Translations under genes and position numbers: made by a program
Shown: positions 6,418-14,811 of the stretch, one piece after another
How positions within the stretch are numbered: the stretch's first letter is position 1
How the letters are laid out: each line of letters starts with the position of its first letter
Source of the DNA: Candidatus Iainarchaeum sp.
Lineage (GTDB): Archaea; Iainarchaeota; Iainarchaeia; Iainarchaeales; JAZDEL01
Length of the DNA: 32,000 nt
Direction: 5' to 3'
Assembly: GCA_043808785.1 (NCBI GenBank)
Contig: JAZDEL010000002.1
Span: 237,611 to 269,610, forward strand
The notes under the pieces: generated by a model
Database searches by the model: none
What the model was told of the DNA's origin: nothing
The model's input: the letters and a program-made list of their open reading frames with translations, nothing else

Positions 6418-9400
6418 ACCGCTGTGCGCTCGCGCTCTTGGCATTCTTCCTTGTCTTTTCAGGCTCAGCATTCGCTGAACAGGTTGTAGCCTACAAGGGT
6501 GAGGTGCAGGCGCTGAACACGCACGACTTGTTTTACTCTGTAGGGCTGAAAGAGAATACTCCAAACAGGATTGACGCCTGCGGGGAAACCCCCGCATACT
6601 TGATTTATTTCTCTAACGAAACAGGCAGGGTTTATGGCTGGAACCTGAAAGAAAAGCGCTGGGAGCAGGCGCTGATTTCCGAACTTTATTCACAGCTTGA
6701 AGGCAACCCAATAGACGCCTTTGCCTATGTCGCATCCCTTGGCATATTTGAAATAACGTCCGGCAATAAGGCCTGGGTAATAAAGGATGGCAAAATCAGC
6801 GACACGCCATATAACATAAGCGAAATTGCGGCGGCGCAGTGCGCAGGGCTTGCAAAGTGCCCGGACCGTGCCGATGCGATAGCATTTTACAAAGATGCCG
6901 AGGGCAAAGACCAGTTCGTCTGGACTGTGAACAACGGCGCAAGCCTTGACATATGGTTTTCAAAAGGCGGGGCGCTGCACTACAACAGCGCGGCATTCGA
7001 TAAATTGGGCTTCTTCAACGGCAATCTTATGCGCATTGACGCAATCTGCACCCTCCCTCCCGGCAATCTGCTAGTGTTCGGGGAGGGAGGATACACTGGC
7101 GGAAGCGCAGGCGAGATTGGAGAGAACACAAAACTACTGAGCAAATATTCGGATAAGGAAGTTTTCCTTGTTTCCGACAGGGACTGGCGCGAGGTTCTGC
7201 CGCTTGTGCCTGTTACTACGTGGACTGAGAAAAACGGCGAGGTGAGGAAGTATCCGACATTGATTTGGCACGAGGAGGGTGGAGATATAAGCAAACTATA
7301 CCTCTCCACGGACCATTCCGACAGCGAACATTATGTGGGGTTCAGATTAGGTCTTGAAGGGGGAAGCGGCTCCTACGGAGAGAAGCAAAAATTCAGCAAA
7401 ACCTATAATTTGCAGCCTGGTGAGGAGTTGATTCTTTATTACACTCTCCGGACATATTACGACACCACAGTTACGAATATTGAAATAACCGAAAAACCGG
7501 ATTTTATTGAGTTTGTCGACCCGGCAGACGGAAAAATTGATAATATAAACCGCCAAATGCCTGACGGCGAAACCTTCGAATTCCGGCTCAGGGTCAAGGA
7601 AGATGCTGATACGGGGACAGAGGCAGCCGGGTTCGATGCGGATTCGGTGCTTTATTTCATGCAGCAGTACGGCGCCCAAAAAGCGACTGTTGTTGGGCAA
7701 ACCCCGCAGGAGCTTGACGATTTAATTCCTGCCGAAGCGCAAAGGATTTATGCAGGGGATTACCTCTCATACTGGGAGAAATTCGACATGGTTGTTTATG
7801 TGGCGGACAATTACGAACTCGCATTGCTGGCTTCCACCTACGCATCGCTCTTAAATGCCCCCATGGTTATTGAAGGCACTGCTGAGGATTCCCGAAATGT
7901 GTTTGCGGGCAGGAATGTTATCTGTGTCGGGAACCCAAGCGGCGCTACCTGCGATAGGCAATTTAGTCTTGAGGATTTGCAGAGGGAGTATGTTAAAATC
8001 ACAAATACGGACAAAATAATGCTGGTCAATCCGGATGATTTGGGTGATAAAGTGGAGGAGAAATTTCAGCCGGAAAAGTCGGCAAGCCCTATTTATGAGC
8101 TTTACGGAAAAACCTCGTTGGTTGCGCCAATATTGGCTTCCGCAAAGCATGAATTGATTATAACAACCAATAACCGGGGGTATGGGGAAGTAGACTCTGA
8201 TTTTACAGGAAGGTTTTTGGGGCTGTTTGGTTTTGACGAGGACAGCTTTAATACAAAAGAATGCAAAACAGGAGACTCCTGTTCAGGCGGGTGGGGCACG
8301 TATGGTTTGGAGGTAAAAGAGTCAACAGGGGACAGCATTAATTATAAATTCGATGTTGGGGATATTAACCTTGCCGATATCGAATATATAGGTTTAGAGA
8401 AGCTGCTTGTAAAGGTGTCCTGTATCATGGAAGCAGAACCATCTTACATTATCTACGTTAATGGCCAAATGCATGCGCAGTCAGATGGTTTCGGCTTTAG
8501 GTGGGATAGTCTGCTTGAGGGATATATATCGCCTGCATTACATAGTGGCAACTTATCGGGAACCCCTCTTGAAAGTCCCAAGCTGGATGTTACCGTTCAA
8601 ATCCCCGACTGTAAGATTATTAGAAGACTTGATAGAGGTGACAAGATTCTTGGGGTGACTTTGAGTGACAGTAGCAAGGAGTATTCGTTCCTTGAAGAAA
8701 CAGGCGTAACAGAAAAAACAATAGGGATTAAAGGAATTGAAGCAGGGCAGGAGGCATATTTTGATTTTAGTGGTTTGGACAATGCGCTGGATTACAGGAT
8801 TCTCTTGTATTTTGCCGGGAGCCAAAGCCCAAGGGCCTGTGGAGAATCTGAATGCAAAGGGCCGTATTTCAATGGCAGAGAAACAGCAATAATAAACGGA
8901 AATGAGATATCCAATGGGCAAGCCAGAATAATTGTTAAAGCCAATTCCGAATTAGAATATGGCATTTTGCCTTTAGCCTCAGTAAAGTTAATTCCATTGC
9001 TGCCAAAGGATTTCTACCTGACAATAATGTCCTCGCCGGATGCTATTCAGATGAGCTCTGAGCCAAACGGGCAACTTAGACTTAGAGGTGCGCTTGATTT
9101 TTATTATTCTACATTAAATAGAAATTATTACCCCGAAGAAGGACGGATACCCGAGCTCGGTTTTTTAACTAAATTATACACGGGCAGGATTTTTGGCATT
9201 AGCCCGTCAGATACTTCTGCTTATACGGCAAGAGACTTATTTTTTGGTCAAATTGAGAAGGATAGGTCCGGGTCATTTATTCTGCGCGGCGACAGCCAAG
9301 AGTACGGTGCAGAAGACACAAAAGAGTTGATGAACATAGACTGGTACTGGGGCAAAGACGGTTCGGACATTTACAGCAAGTTTCCTGATGGGGTTTATGT

Positions 9401-9878
9401 CTGCTACAGCTATAATGATGAGGATGTCGGTTGCGATACTCACAGTGAAGATACAAAAAACAGTTATTATAATTCATATTTCACGCTGTATAAAGACCAC
9501 GGCAATACGGAATGGGCATTTGTTAGCAGTTATGATTTAGCCAACCGTTATATGCAGCCAAAAACAAACATTATTTCTGCATGCGATACCTGTGATTTTG
9601 CGCAGTCAGAGGAAGACAATCGGACAGGGAGTTTATTTTGCATGCAAAACCTGAGGAGGGGGGCATTGAGCTATATTGGAACGCAATCTATCGCGTTGCA
9701 GTCCTCAGACTATATCGTCCCTATGATCCCCCTCCTGGTTTTGGACAAGATGACTATTGGGAAAGCATTTCATATGTATAGTGATACGACTAGCTGGGGC
9801 TGGCCCATATATTATCTTTTAATTGGCGACCCAACCTTAACGCCAATATACTGGAATGGTCAAAATGACGCAAAATAA
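6414..9878 (+). CDS. large secreted surface protein (1154 aa) with possible clan-CD (gingipain/C25-like) cysteine peptidase region at the C-terminus
   Basis: Signal peptide MNRCALALLAFFLVFSGSAFA-EQ. GAGGTGA SD at 6400-6406. Near the C-terminus there is a His-Gly (KDHGN; His codon 9498-9500) and an Ala-Cys (ISACDTC; Cys codon 9582-9584) about 28 residues apart, as in caspase-fold peptidases. No other domain recognised with certainty. Confidence 0.8.
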   Translation: MNRCALALLAFFLVFSGSAFAEQVVAYKGEVQALNTHDLFYSVGLKENTPNRIDACGETPAYLIYFSNETGRVYGWNLKEKRWEQALISELYSQLEGNPIDAFAYVASLGIFEITSGNKAWVIKDGKISDTPYNISEIAAAQCAGLAKCPDRADAIAFYKDAEGKDQFVWTVNNGASLDIWFSKGGALHYNSAAFDKLGFFNGNLMRIDAICTLPPGNLLVFGEGGYTGGSAGEIGENTKLLSKYSDKEVFLVSDRDWREVLPLVPVTTWTEKNGEVRKYPTLIWHEEGGDISKLYLSTDHSDSEHYVGFRLGLEGGSGSYGEKQKFSKTYNLQPGEELILYYTLRTYYDTTVTNIEITEKPDFIEFVDPADGKIDNINRQMPDGETFEFRLRVKEDADTGTEAAGFDADSVLYFMQQYGAQKATVVGQTPQELDDLIPAEAQRIYAGDYLSYWEKFDMVVYVADNYELALLASTYASLLNAPMVIEGTAEDSRNVFAGRNVICVGNPSGATCDRQFSLEDLQREYVKITNTDKIMLVNPDDLGDKVEEKFQPEKSASPIYELYGKTSLVAPILASAKHELIITTNNRGYGEVDSDFTGRFLGLFGFDEDSFNTKECKTGDSCSGGWGTYGLEVKESTGDSINYKFDVGDINLADIEYIGLEKLLVKVSCIMEAEPSYIIYVNGQMHAQSDGFGFRWDSLLEGYISPALHSGNLSGTPLESPKLDVTVQIPDCKIIRRLDRGDKILGVTLSDSSKEYSFLEETGVTEKTIGIKGIEAGQEAYFDFSGLDNALDYRILLYFAGSQSPRACGESECKGPYFNGRETAIINGNEISNGQARIIVKANSELEYGILPLASVKLIPLLPKDFYLTIMSSPDAIQMSSEPNGQLRLRGALDFYYSTLNRNYYPEEGRIPELGFLTKLYTGRIFGISPSDTSAYTARDLFFGQIEKDRSGSFILRGDSQEYGAEDTKELMNIDWYWGKDGSDIYSKFPDGVYVCYSYNDEDVGCDTHSEDTKNSYYNSYFTLYKDHGNTEWAFVSSYDLANRYMQPKTNIISACDTCDFAQSEEDNRTGSLFCMQNLRRGALSYIGTQSIALQSSDYIVPMIPLLVLDKMTIGKAFHMYSDTTSWGWPIYYLLIGDPTLTPIYWNGQNDAK

Positions 9879-10779
9879 AACCAAAATGATTTTTTTCCTT
9901 ATTTTAATTAGCCTAATTACTGCCCCGTTGGGTTCAGCCCAGTCAATTTCCAAATTAGAGTTAAATAAGGCTATTTATTCCTTAAACGATAGCTTGGTAG
10001 CCAATATAACCATAGAAAATCCATCAGACAGCGACCTCTCATTGCAGTCTCTGATGCTCCACTCAGAGCAGGCAGTACCTACGGTTTCCAGGACGTATGA
10101 AATGCCGAGGGGGGAGACAAAAAGCATAACGCTCTATAATTTCAAAATAGATGAAACATATGAAAACGGAGAATACTTAATTATTGCAAGGCTGGTTGAC
10201 CCCCAAAATCCGGACAATGTTTTGGATTCAAGAGAGCTCGCTTTTTCAATCACTGGCTTGCCCGAGAAATTTGTTTTTGATTTAGAAAGTTGCAGGGACA
10301 GGGGCTGCGCAGAAAAATCAAAGATATTTGTAAAGGGGGAAATTATTTATCTGAATTTTGAGTCAGGGATTGAGGGGCCGGAAATAAGCGCCATGTTGAT
10401 TTTCCCCGGCAAAACAACGCAGCAAATTTTACTGCCATACTCATTAAAGGCAGAACAACTCGGCTCTTACAGGCTGGAGGCAACAGCCTCAGCGGAAGGC
10501 TGCAAGACAATGCAAAAAACATTCCAGTTTGTCGTAATCGAAAAGCACGCCGAGATTCCCTCGGCATCGCGGTGCAACGGCAACCATGTGTGCGACGCAG
10601 GGGAAAATGCGCAGAACTGCCCGCAGGATTGCCCTGGCCAAGGTGCGGGTATTGTAAATGTGCCTATGCAGCCTGCAGAGCCGCCAGCAGGCTTTGATTG
10701 GTTGCCAGTTATCGGTGTTGTTGTGCTGATTGCAGTGCTGGCTGTTGCATATTTCAAGGTGTTTAAGCCGCGCCAATAA
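9865..10779 (+). CDS. secreted, C-terminally membrane-anchored protein with Cys-rich motif
   Basis: Signal peptide MTQNKTKMIFFLILISLITAPLGSAQS. C-terminal TM plus basic tail WLPVIGVVVLIAVLAVAYFKVFKPRQ. Cys motif CNGNHVCDAGENAQNCPQDC. The start is ambiguous: ATGs at 9856, 9865 and 9886. I chose 9865 because it gives a basic n-region. Confidence 0.7.
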   Translation: MTQNKTKMIFFLILISLITAPLGSAQSISKLELNKAIYSLNDSLVANITIENPSDSDLSLQSLMLHSEQAVPTVSRTYEMPRGETKSITLYNFKIDETYENGEYLIIARLVDPQNPDNVLDSRELAFSITGLPEKFVFDLESCRDRGCAEKSKIFVKGEIIYLNFESGIEGPEISAMLIFPGKTTQQILLPYSLKAEQLGSYRLEATASAEGCKTMQKTFQFVVIEKHAEIPSASRCNGNHVCDAGENAQNCPQDCPGQGAGIVNVPMQPAEPPAGFDWLPVIGVVVLIAVLAVAYFKVFKPRQ

Positions 10780-10797
10780 ACAAAAACTAGTGTGCCC

Positions 10798-11424
10798 CTA
10801 ATCCGCCACAACCCTCGCATCCACGGCAACAACCCCTTCGGGCGTCGCAAACAGCGGGTTCAGGTCGAGCTCCTGAACATGCTTCTCCTTTTGCATCAGT
10901 TTGCCGACGGCAAGAATAGCATCCTCAATCGAGCGCAAATCCGCGGGCTTTGCCCCCCTGAACCCCGTGAGTAACTTGTACCCTTTCACGCCCTTAATCA
11001 TGCGCTTCGCATCCTTGCGTGAAAGCGGGCAAACCCCCAATGAGAAATCCCTGAAAACCTCGACAAAAATCCCCCCTGTGCCAAAAAGAACCGTGGGGCC
11101 GAACTGCGGGTCGCGCTTTCCGCCTATGATGATTTCAGTGCCCTGCGCCATCTCCTGAACAAAGACGCCCTCAAAACCCCGTAATTTGGACATCCTGTGC
11201 AGGGTTTGCATTGCCTCCTTTTCGTTGCGCACGTTCAGCGCAACCCCCCCAACCTCCGTCTTGTGGGTTAATTCCGCGCTGACAAGCTTGATTGCGCAGG
11301 GGAAGCCCACTGTTTTGAGGGCTTTTGCAAGTTCAAGCGGGCTTTTGGCGTGCTTCGCGCGGGCAAACCTTATGCCGTACCTTTGAACCAGGCGCGAACT
11401 TTCGGCAATGTCGAGGGTTGGCAT
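10798..11424 (-). CDS. ATP-grasp protein resembling the beta subunit/domain of ADP-forming acetyl(acyl)-CoA synthetase
   Basis: KTVGFPCAIKLVSAELTHKTEVGGVALNV...VFVQEMAQGTEIIIGGKRDPQFGPTVLFGTGGIFVEV...ELDLNPL. The tracked start at 11439 is GTG. The first ATG is at 11424 (MPTLDIAES). Confidence 0.6.
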   Translation of the reverse strand: MPTLDIAESSRLVQRYGIRFARAKHAKSPLELAKALKTVGFPCAIKLVSAELTHKTEVGGVALNVRNEKEAMQTLHRMSKLRGFEGVFVQEMAQGTEIIIGGKRDPQFGPTVLFGTGGIFVEVFRDFSLGVCPLSRKDAKRMIKGVKGYKLLTGFRGAKPADLRSIEDAILAVGKLMQKEKHVQELDLNPLFATPEGVVAVDARVVAD

Positions 11425-11448
11425 GTAGGTATTAGGCACAGCCGATAT

Positions 11449-12657
11449 TTAAACGTTCGTATGTTCTCCGATGCCGTATGCCTTTACCCTGCGGTAGGCG
11501 TCCCTGAAGGGCACGCCTTTCGCCGCGAGTTCGTGCGCCCTCTCCGCTGCATAGAGTCCGGGGCCCATCGCCTTTTCAAGCGCCTCCCTGTTCACGCCGA
11601 GGGTTTTCACCGCAATTTCCGCAACAGCAAGGCATTCATGCATTGTTTCAATCCCCGAGATAAGCGGCCCCTTTGTCAGCTGCAAATCGCGGCTGTACCC
11701 CGAAGGCAGGTTCTGCATAACCGCCAGCGCCTGAAACAACTGCGCGTTCACGAGGTTCGTTTTCGCGCGCAGCATTTCAATCGCATCGGGATTCCTCTTC
11801 TGCGGCATCATGGAACTGCCCGTGCAGAGCGATTCGTGCACCGTGAAAAAGCCGAACTCCTGCGCCGAGAACAGCATCACGTCAGTTGCAAACTTGTTCA
11901 GCGTGAGCGCAATCTGCGAGAGCGCGCAGAGCGAGAGCGCCTCGAACTTCCCCCGTGAGTTCGCGCAGTAAATAGGGTTCTGCTGAACCTTTTTGAAACC
12001 GAGGGTTTTTGCCGTGAGTGTGCGGTCAATATCGGGCGCAGGCACGCCATACCCCGCGCCGCTGCCGAGAGGGTTCTGGTCGATTATTTCAAGCGCGCAA
12101 TCAAGCACTTTGATGTCATCATCGAGCGAATCCGCAAATGCCCCCGCCCAGAGCGAAACCGAGGATGGCATGGCTTTCTGCATGTGCGTGTAGCCGGGCA
12201 TGGGTACGCCGTTGTTCTCCTTTGCGAACTCCCCGAATGCGGAGGCTAATTTTTTTGCGCTTTCTTTTATTCCTGAAAGTTCGCTTTTCATGTAAAGCCT
12301 CAGCGCTGCAAGAACCTGGTCGTTCCGCGAGCGGGAAGTGTGTATTTTTTTTCCGAGCGCGCCAAGATTTTCCGTGAGGTGGTTCTCTATTTTCGTGTGC
12401 ATGTCCTCGTCGGAGGGGGAAATTGAGAAATTCCCGCTTTTTGCAAGCGCGATTATTTCGGCAATCCCCTTTTTGAGCGCGCCGCATTCAGCGTGCGAAA
12501 GCACGCCTGCTTTTTCAAGCGCCTCCGCGTGCGCTGCAGAGGCGAGGCAGTCGTACTGCACGAGCTTTTCGTCGAGAGGTGCGTCGTCTCCCGCGAGAAA
12601 ATCCTCGATTTCCCTGCAGCCTTTATGCGGTGCACTTTTGCTTTGCCAGAGCTTCAT
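11449..12657 (-). CDS. argH: argininosuccinate lyase
   Basis: MKLW N-terminus, TSRSRNDQV, GYTHMQKAMP and the fumarate-lyase signature GSSMMPQKRNPD. At 402 aa it is shorter at the C-terminus than typical ArgH. Confidence 0.9.
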   Translation of the reverse strand: MKLWQSKSAPHKGCREIEDFLAGDDAPLDEKLVQYDCLASAAHAEALEKAGVLSHAECGALKKGIAEIIALAKSGNFSISPSDEDMHTKIENHLTENLGALGKKIHTSRSRNDQVLAALRLYMKSELSGIKESAKKLASAFGEFAKENNGVPMPGYTHMQKAMPSSVSLWAGAFADSLDDDIKVLDCALEIIDQNPLGSGAGYGVPAPDIDRTLTAKTLGFKKVQQNPIYCANSRGKFEALSLCALSQIALTLNKFATDVMLFSAQEFGFFTVHESLCTGSSMMPQKRNPDAIEMLRAKTNLVNAQLFQALAVMQNLPSGYSRDLQLTKGPLISGIETMHECLAVAEIAVKTLGVNREALEKAMGPGLYAAERAHELAAKGVPFRDAYRRVKAYGIGEHTNV

Positions 12658-13915
12658 TCCCGTCCACCTTTTGCAGTTTCTGTTTTGCCTTCAGCCTGCC
12701 TGCAATCCTGCCCTGCAATGACCAGAGTTCTATGAAGCCGGCTGACGCCGACTGGTTGAAGAGGCTGCCGCCATCCTCGTAGGAGTCGAGCTCCATGTCA
12801 TACAGGGAGTTCTCCGAACTGCGCGCAACAACCGTGCAGTTGCCCCCTGAAAGTTTAAGTTTCACCGTGCCGTGGACCTTGCTGTTCACGCTGTCAATGA
12901 ATGCATTCAGGCCGTGCATGAGCGGCTCGTACCAGAGCCCGGCGTAAACATTGTAAGCCCACTTCTGGTCAACTGCGGGCTTGAAATGGTTCTCGTGTAT
13001 TGTGCACACAAGTTTCTCAAGTTCCCTGTGCGCCTCTATTATGCATACCGCTGCCGGGCACTCGTAAACGTAGCGCGTCTTTATCCCCACTATCTTGTCT
13101 TCGACCATGTCTATCGCCCCTACACCGCGCTCCCCCGCTATTGCGTTCAGTTCGGCAACCAGCTCGTGCAGCGGCATCGGCCTGCCGTTGAGCGCAAAGG
13201 GCACGCCCGATGAGAACTCGAGTTCGGCATATGCGGGTTCCGCCGCCTTTCCGCCCGCGTTCCCGGCCCCGGTCCAGAGGAAAACATCATCCTTTGGCTC
13301 GGCAGAGGCGTCCTCAAGCGCCCCCCCTCCTACGGCCCTGCCCCACAGGTTTTCGTCGATGCTGTACGGCTTTTCCGTGCTCACGCTTACAGGGATGCCG
13401 TGCTTTTCCGCGTATGCAATCTCCTCCCCGCGGCAGAGCGCCCACTTCCTCACGGGCGCGATTATTTTCATTTCCGGGTTCAGCGTGAGGATGCCCGCAT
13501 CGAGCCTTACCTGGTCGTTGCCCTTGCCCGTACATCCGTGCGCAATCGCGTCAGCGCCCTCCTTTTCCGCGGTTTCAACCGCAATCTTCGCAATCAGCGG
13601 CCTGCCCAATGCGGTGTGCAGGGGATATTTGCCCTCGTAAAGCGCGTTTGCCTTTATCGCCTTTGAAATATAATCCGCACAGAATTCCTCCTTTGCGTCT
13701 ATAACAACCGCCTTCTCCGCGCCGAGCGCGAGCGCCTTTTCCTTTGCCGCGGAAAAATCGTCGGGCTGCCCCAAATCGACGGTAAGCGTGATGACGCCCG
13801 CATTGTACTTATCCCGAATCATTTTCAGGAGCACGGAAGTGTCGAGCCCGCCGGAGTAGAGGAGCAGGACCTTTTCCGCCTCTCCCGGCTCCGCCTCGTA
13901 ACCTGTGCCCTTCAT
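12623..13915 (-). CDS. argG: argininosuccinate synthase
   Basis: Contains LLYSGGLDTS, AHGCTGKGNDQVR and the GRA.. blocks. I set the start at ATG 13915 (MKGTGYEAEPGEAEKVLLLYSGGLDTS). The 3' end overlaps argH by 35 nt. Confidence 0.9.
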   Translation of the reverse strand: MKGTGYEAEPGEAEKVLLLYSGGLDTSVLLKMIRDKYNAGVITLTVDLGQPDDFSAAKEKALALGAEKAVVIDAKEEFCADYISKAIKANALYEGKYPLHTALGRPLIAKIAVETAEKEGADAIAHGCTGKGNDQVRLDAGILTLNPEMKIIAPVRKWALCRGEEIAYAEKHGIPVSVSTEKPYSIDENLWGRAVGGGALEDASAEPKDDVFLWTGAGNAGGKAAEPAYAELEFSSGVPFALNGRPMPLHELVAELNAIAGERGVGAIDMVEDKIVGIKTRYVYECPAAVCIIEAHRELEKLVCTIHENHFKPAVDQKWAYNVYAGLWYEPLMHGLNAFIDSVNSKVHGTVKLKLSGGNCTVVARSSENSLYDMELDSYEDGGSLFNQSASAGFIELWSLQGRIAGRLKAKQKLQKVDGNEALAKQKCTA

Positions 13916-13965
13916 TTTGCCCACCAGACTTCGCCGGGCTCGGCCGCATAACATGTGCCTTTCAT
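13912..13965 (-). promoter_or_regulatory. 17-codon upstream ORF (MKGTCYAAEPGEVWWAK) mimicking the ArgG N-terminus; stop overlaps the argG ATG
   Basis: Minus-strand ATG at 13965. The TGA at 13914-13912 overlaps the argG ATG at 13915-13913 (ATGA). 29 of the first 37 nt are identical to the argG 5' end. Candidate TATA TATTTTAA lies near 14003-14012. Confidence 0.5.
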
Positions 13966-14088
13966 TCCGCCCACCGGCAGGAATACCTGCCCCGCCGCGG
14001 TTAAAATAGTTTTTGCCCCAAATAGGACAAATCGGACAAAGATGTCCCAAACAGAACATTTTTATTCCTTTGGCAGGGATGCTTGCTT

Positions 14089-14721
14089 ATGAACACAACA
14101 AAGGCAACCGAGGAATACATCCGCGGGCACCCGATAATAAAGGAGTGCCTTGCAAAGGGGCTCGTGAATTACTCCGCCCTTGCACGGCTGATTGCGGACG
14201 ACCTGAAAACCGGCAAGCAGAGCAGTTTCGACGCAATCCTTGTGGCGTGCAGGAGGTATGCGGAAAAGGCGGGCACCGAGAAGGGCCTCGAGGGCAGGAT
14301 AACAAAAATACTGAAAAACAGCAGGTTCAAGATGAAGAACAAGGTCGTGGTTGTAATATTCAGCGGCAAGATTCCCCTTGGGAAACTGATGGAGTTTGCA
14401 GCGGGCATAAGTGAGGCCGGGGAGCAGTTCCACATCATCCAGGGTTCGGACACGGTTACGGTAGTGACTGCCGAGTATTTTATGCAGGAGGCAAAGCGCA
14501 GGTTCGCCCCATATATAGAGTCCTCGCGCAGCGGCCTTGTCGAGATAATGCTCAAGACCGGGAAGGAGATTGAAACAACCCCCGGGGTTGTGGCATGCAT
14601 AATTTCGCCCCTTGCGGAGCACGGCATAAACATACTGGAAATGGCGAGCTCCTGGACCGACACGCTCATTGTTATCGAGGAAAAGGATGCCGCAAAGGCG
14701 ATGGAATTGCTGAAATTCTGA
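14089..14721 (+). CDS. ACT-domain-containing protein
   Basis: The C-terminal block TTPGVVACIISPLAEHGINILEMASSWTDTLIVIEEKDAAKAMELL is typical of ACT_7-type domains. The tracked start 14083 is TTG. The first ATG is at 14089. Confidence 0.55.
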   Translation: MNTTKATEEYIRGHPIIKECLAKGLVNYSALARLIADDLKTGKQSSFDAILVACRRYAEKAGTEKGLEGRITKILKNSRFKMKNKVVVVIFSGKIPLGKLMEFAAGISEAGEQFHIIQGSDTVTVVTAEYFMQEAKRRFAPYIESSRSGLVEIMLKTGKEIETTPGVVACIISPLAEHGINILEMASSWTDTLIVIEEKDAAKAMELLKF

Positions 14722-14811
14722 GGCGGGGCAGGGCGGCTGAATCCATATATAAACCTGTTGTTTTCCAATTATTTTATAGGTCAAACAATCACTGCAAATA
14801 ACGGCGAGCAC

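Noticed and set aside
12119-12721. Several 60-127-aa ORFs on both strands within argH/argG
   Set aside because: They are shadow frames inside genes with unambiguous ArgH and ArgG motifs.
13916-14059. N-terminal extension of the argG ORF (48 codons)
   Set aside because: It is Cys/Gly/Arg-rich and covers the promoter and uORF region. ArgG homology begins only after ATG 13915.
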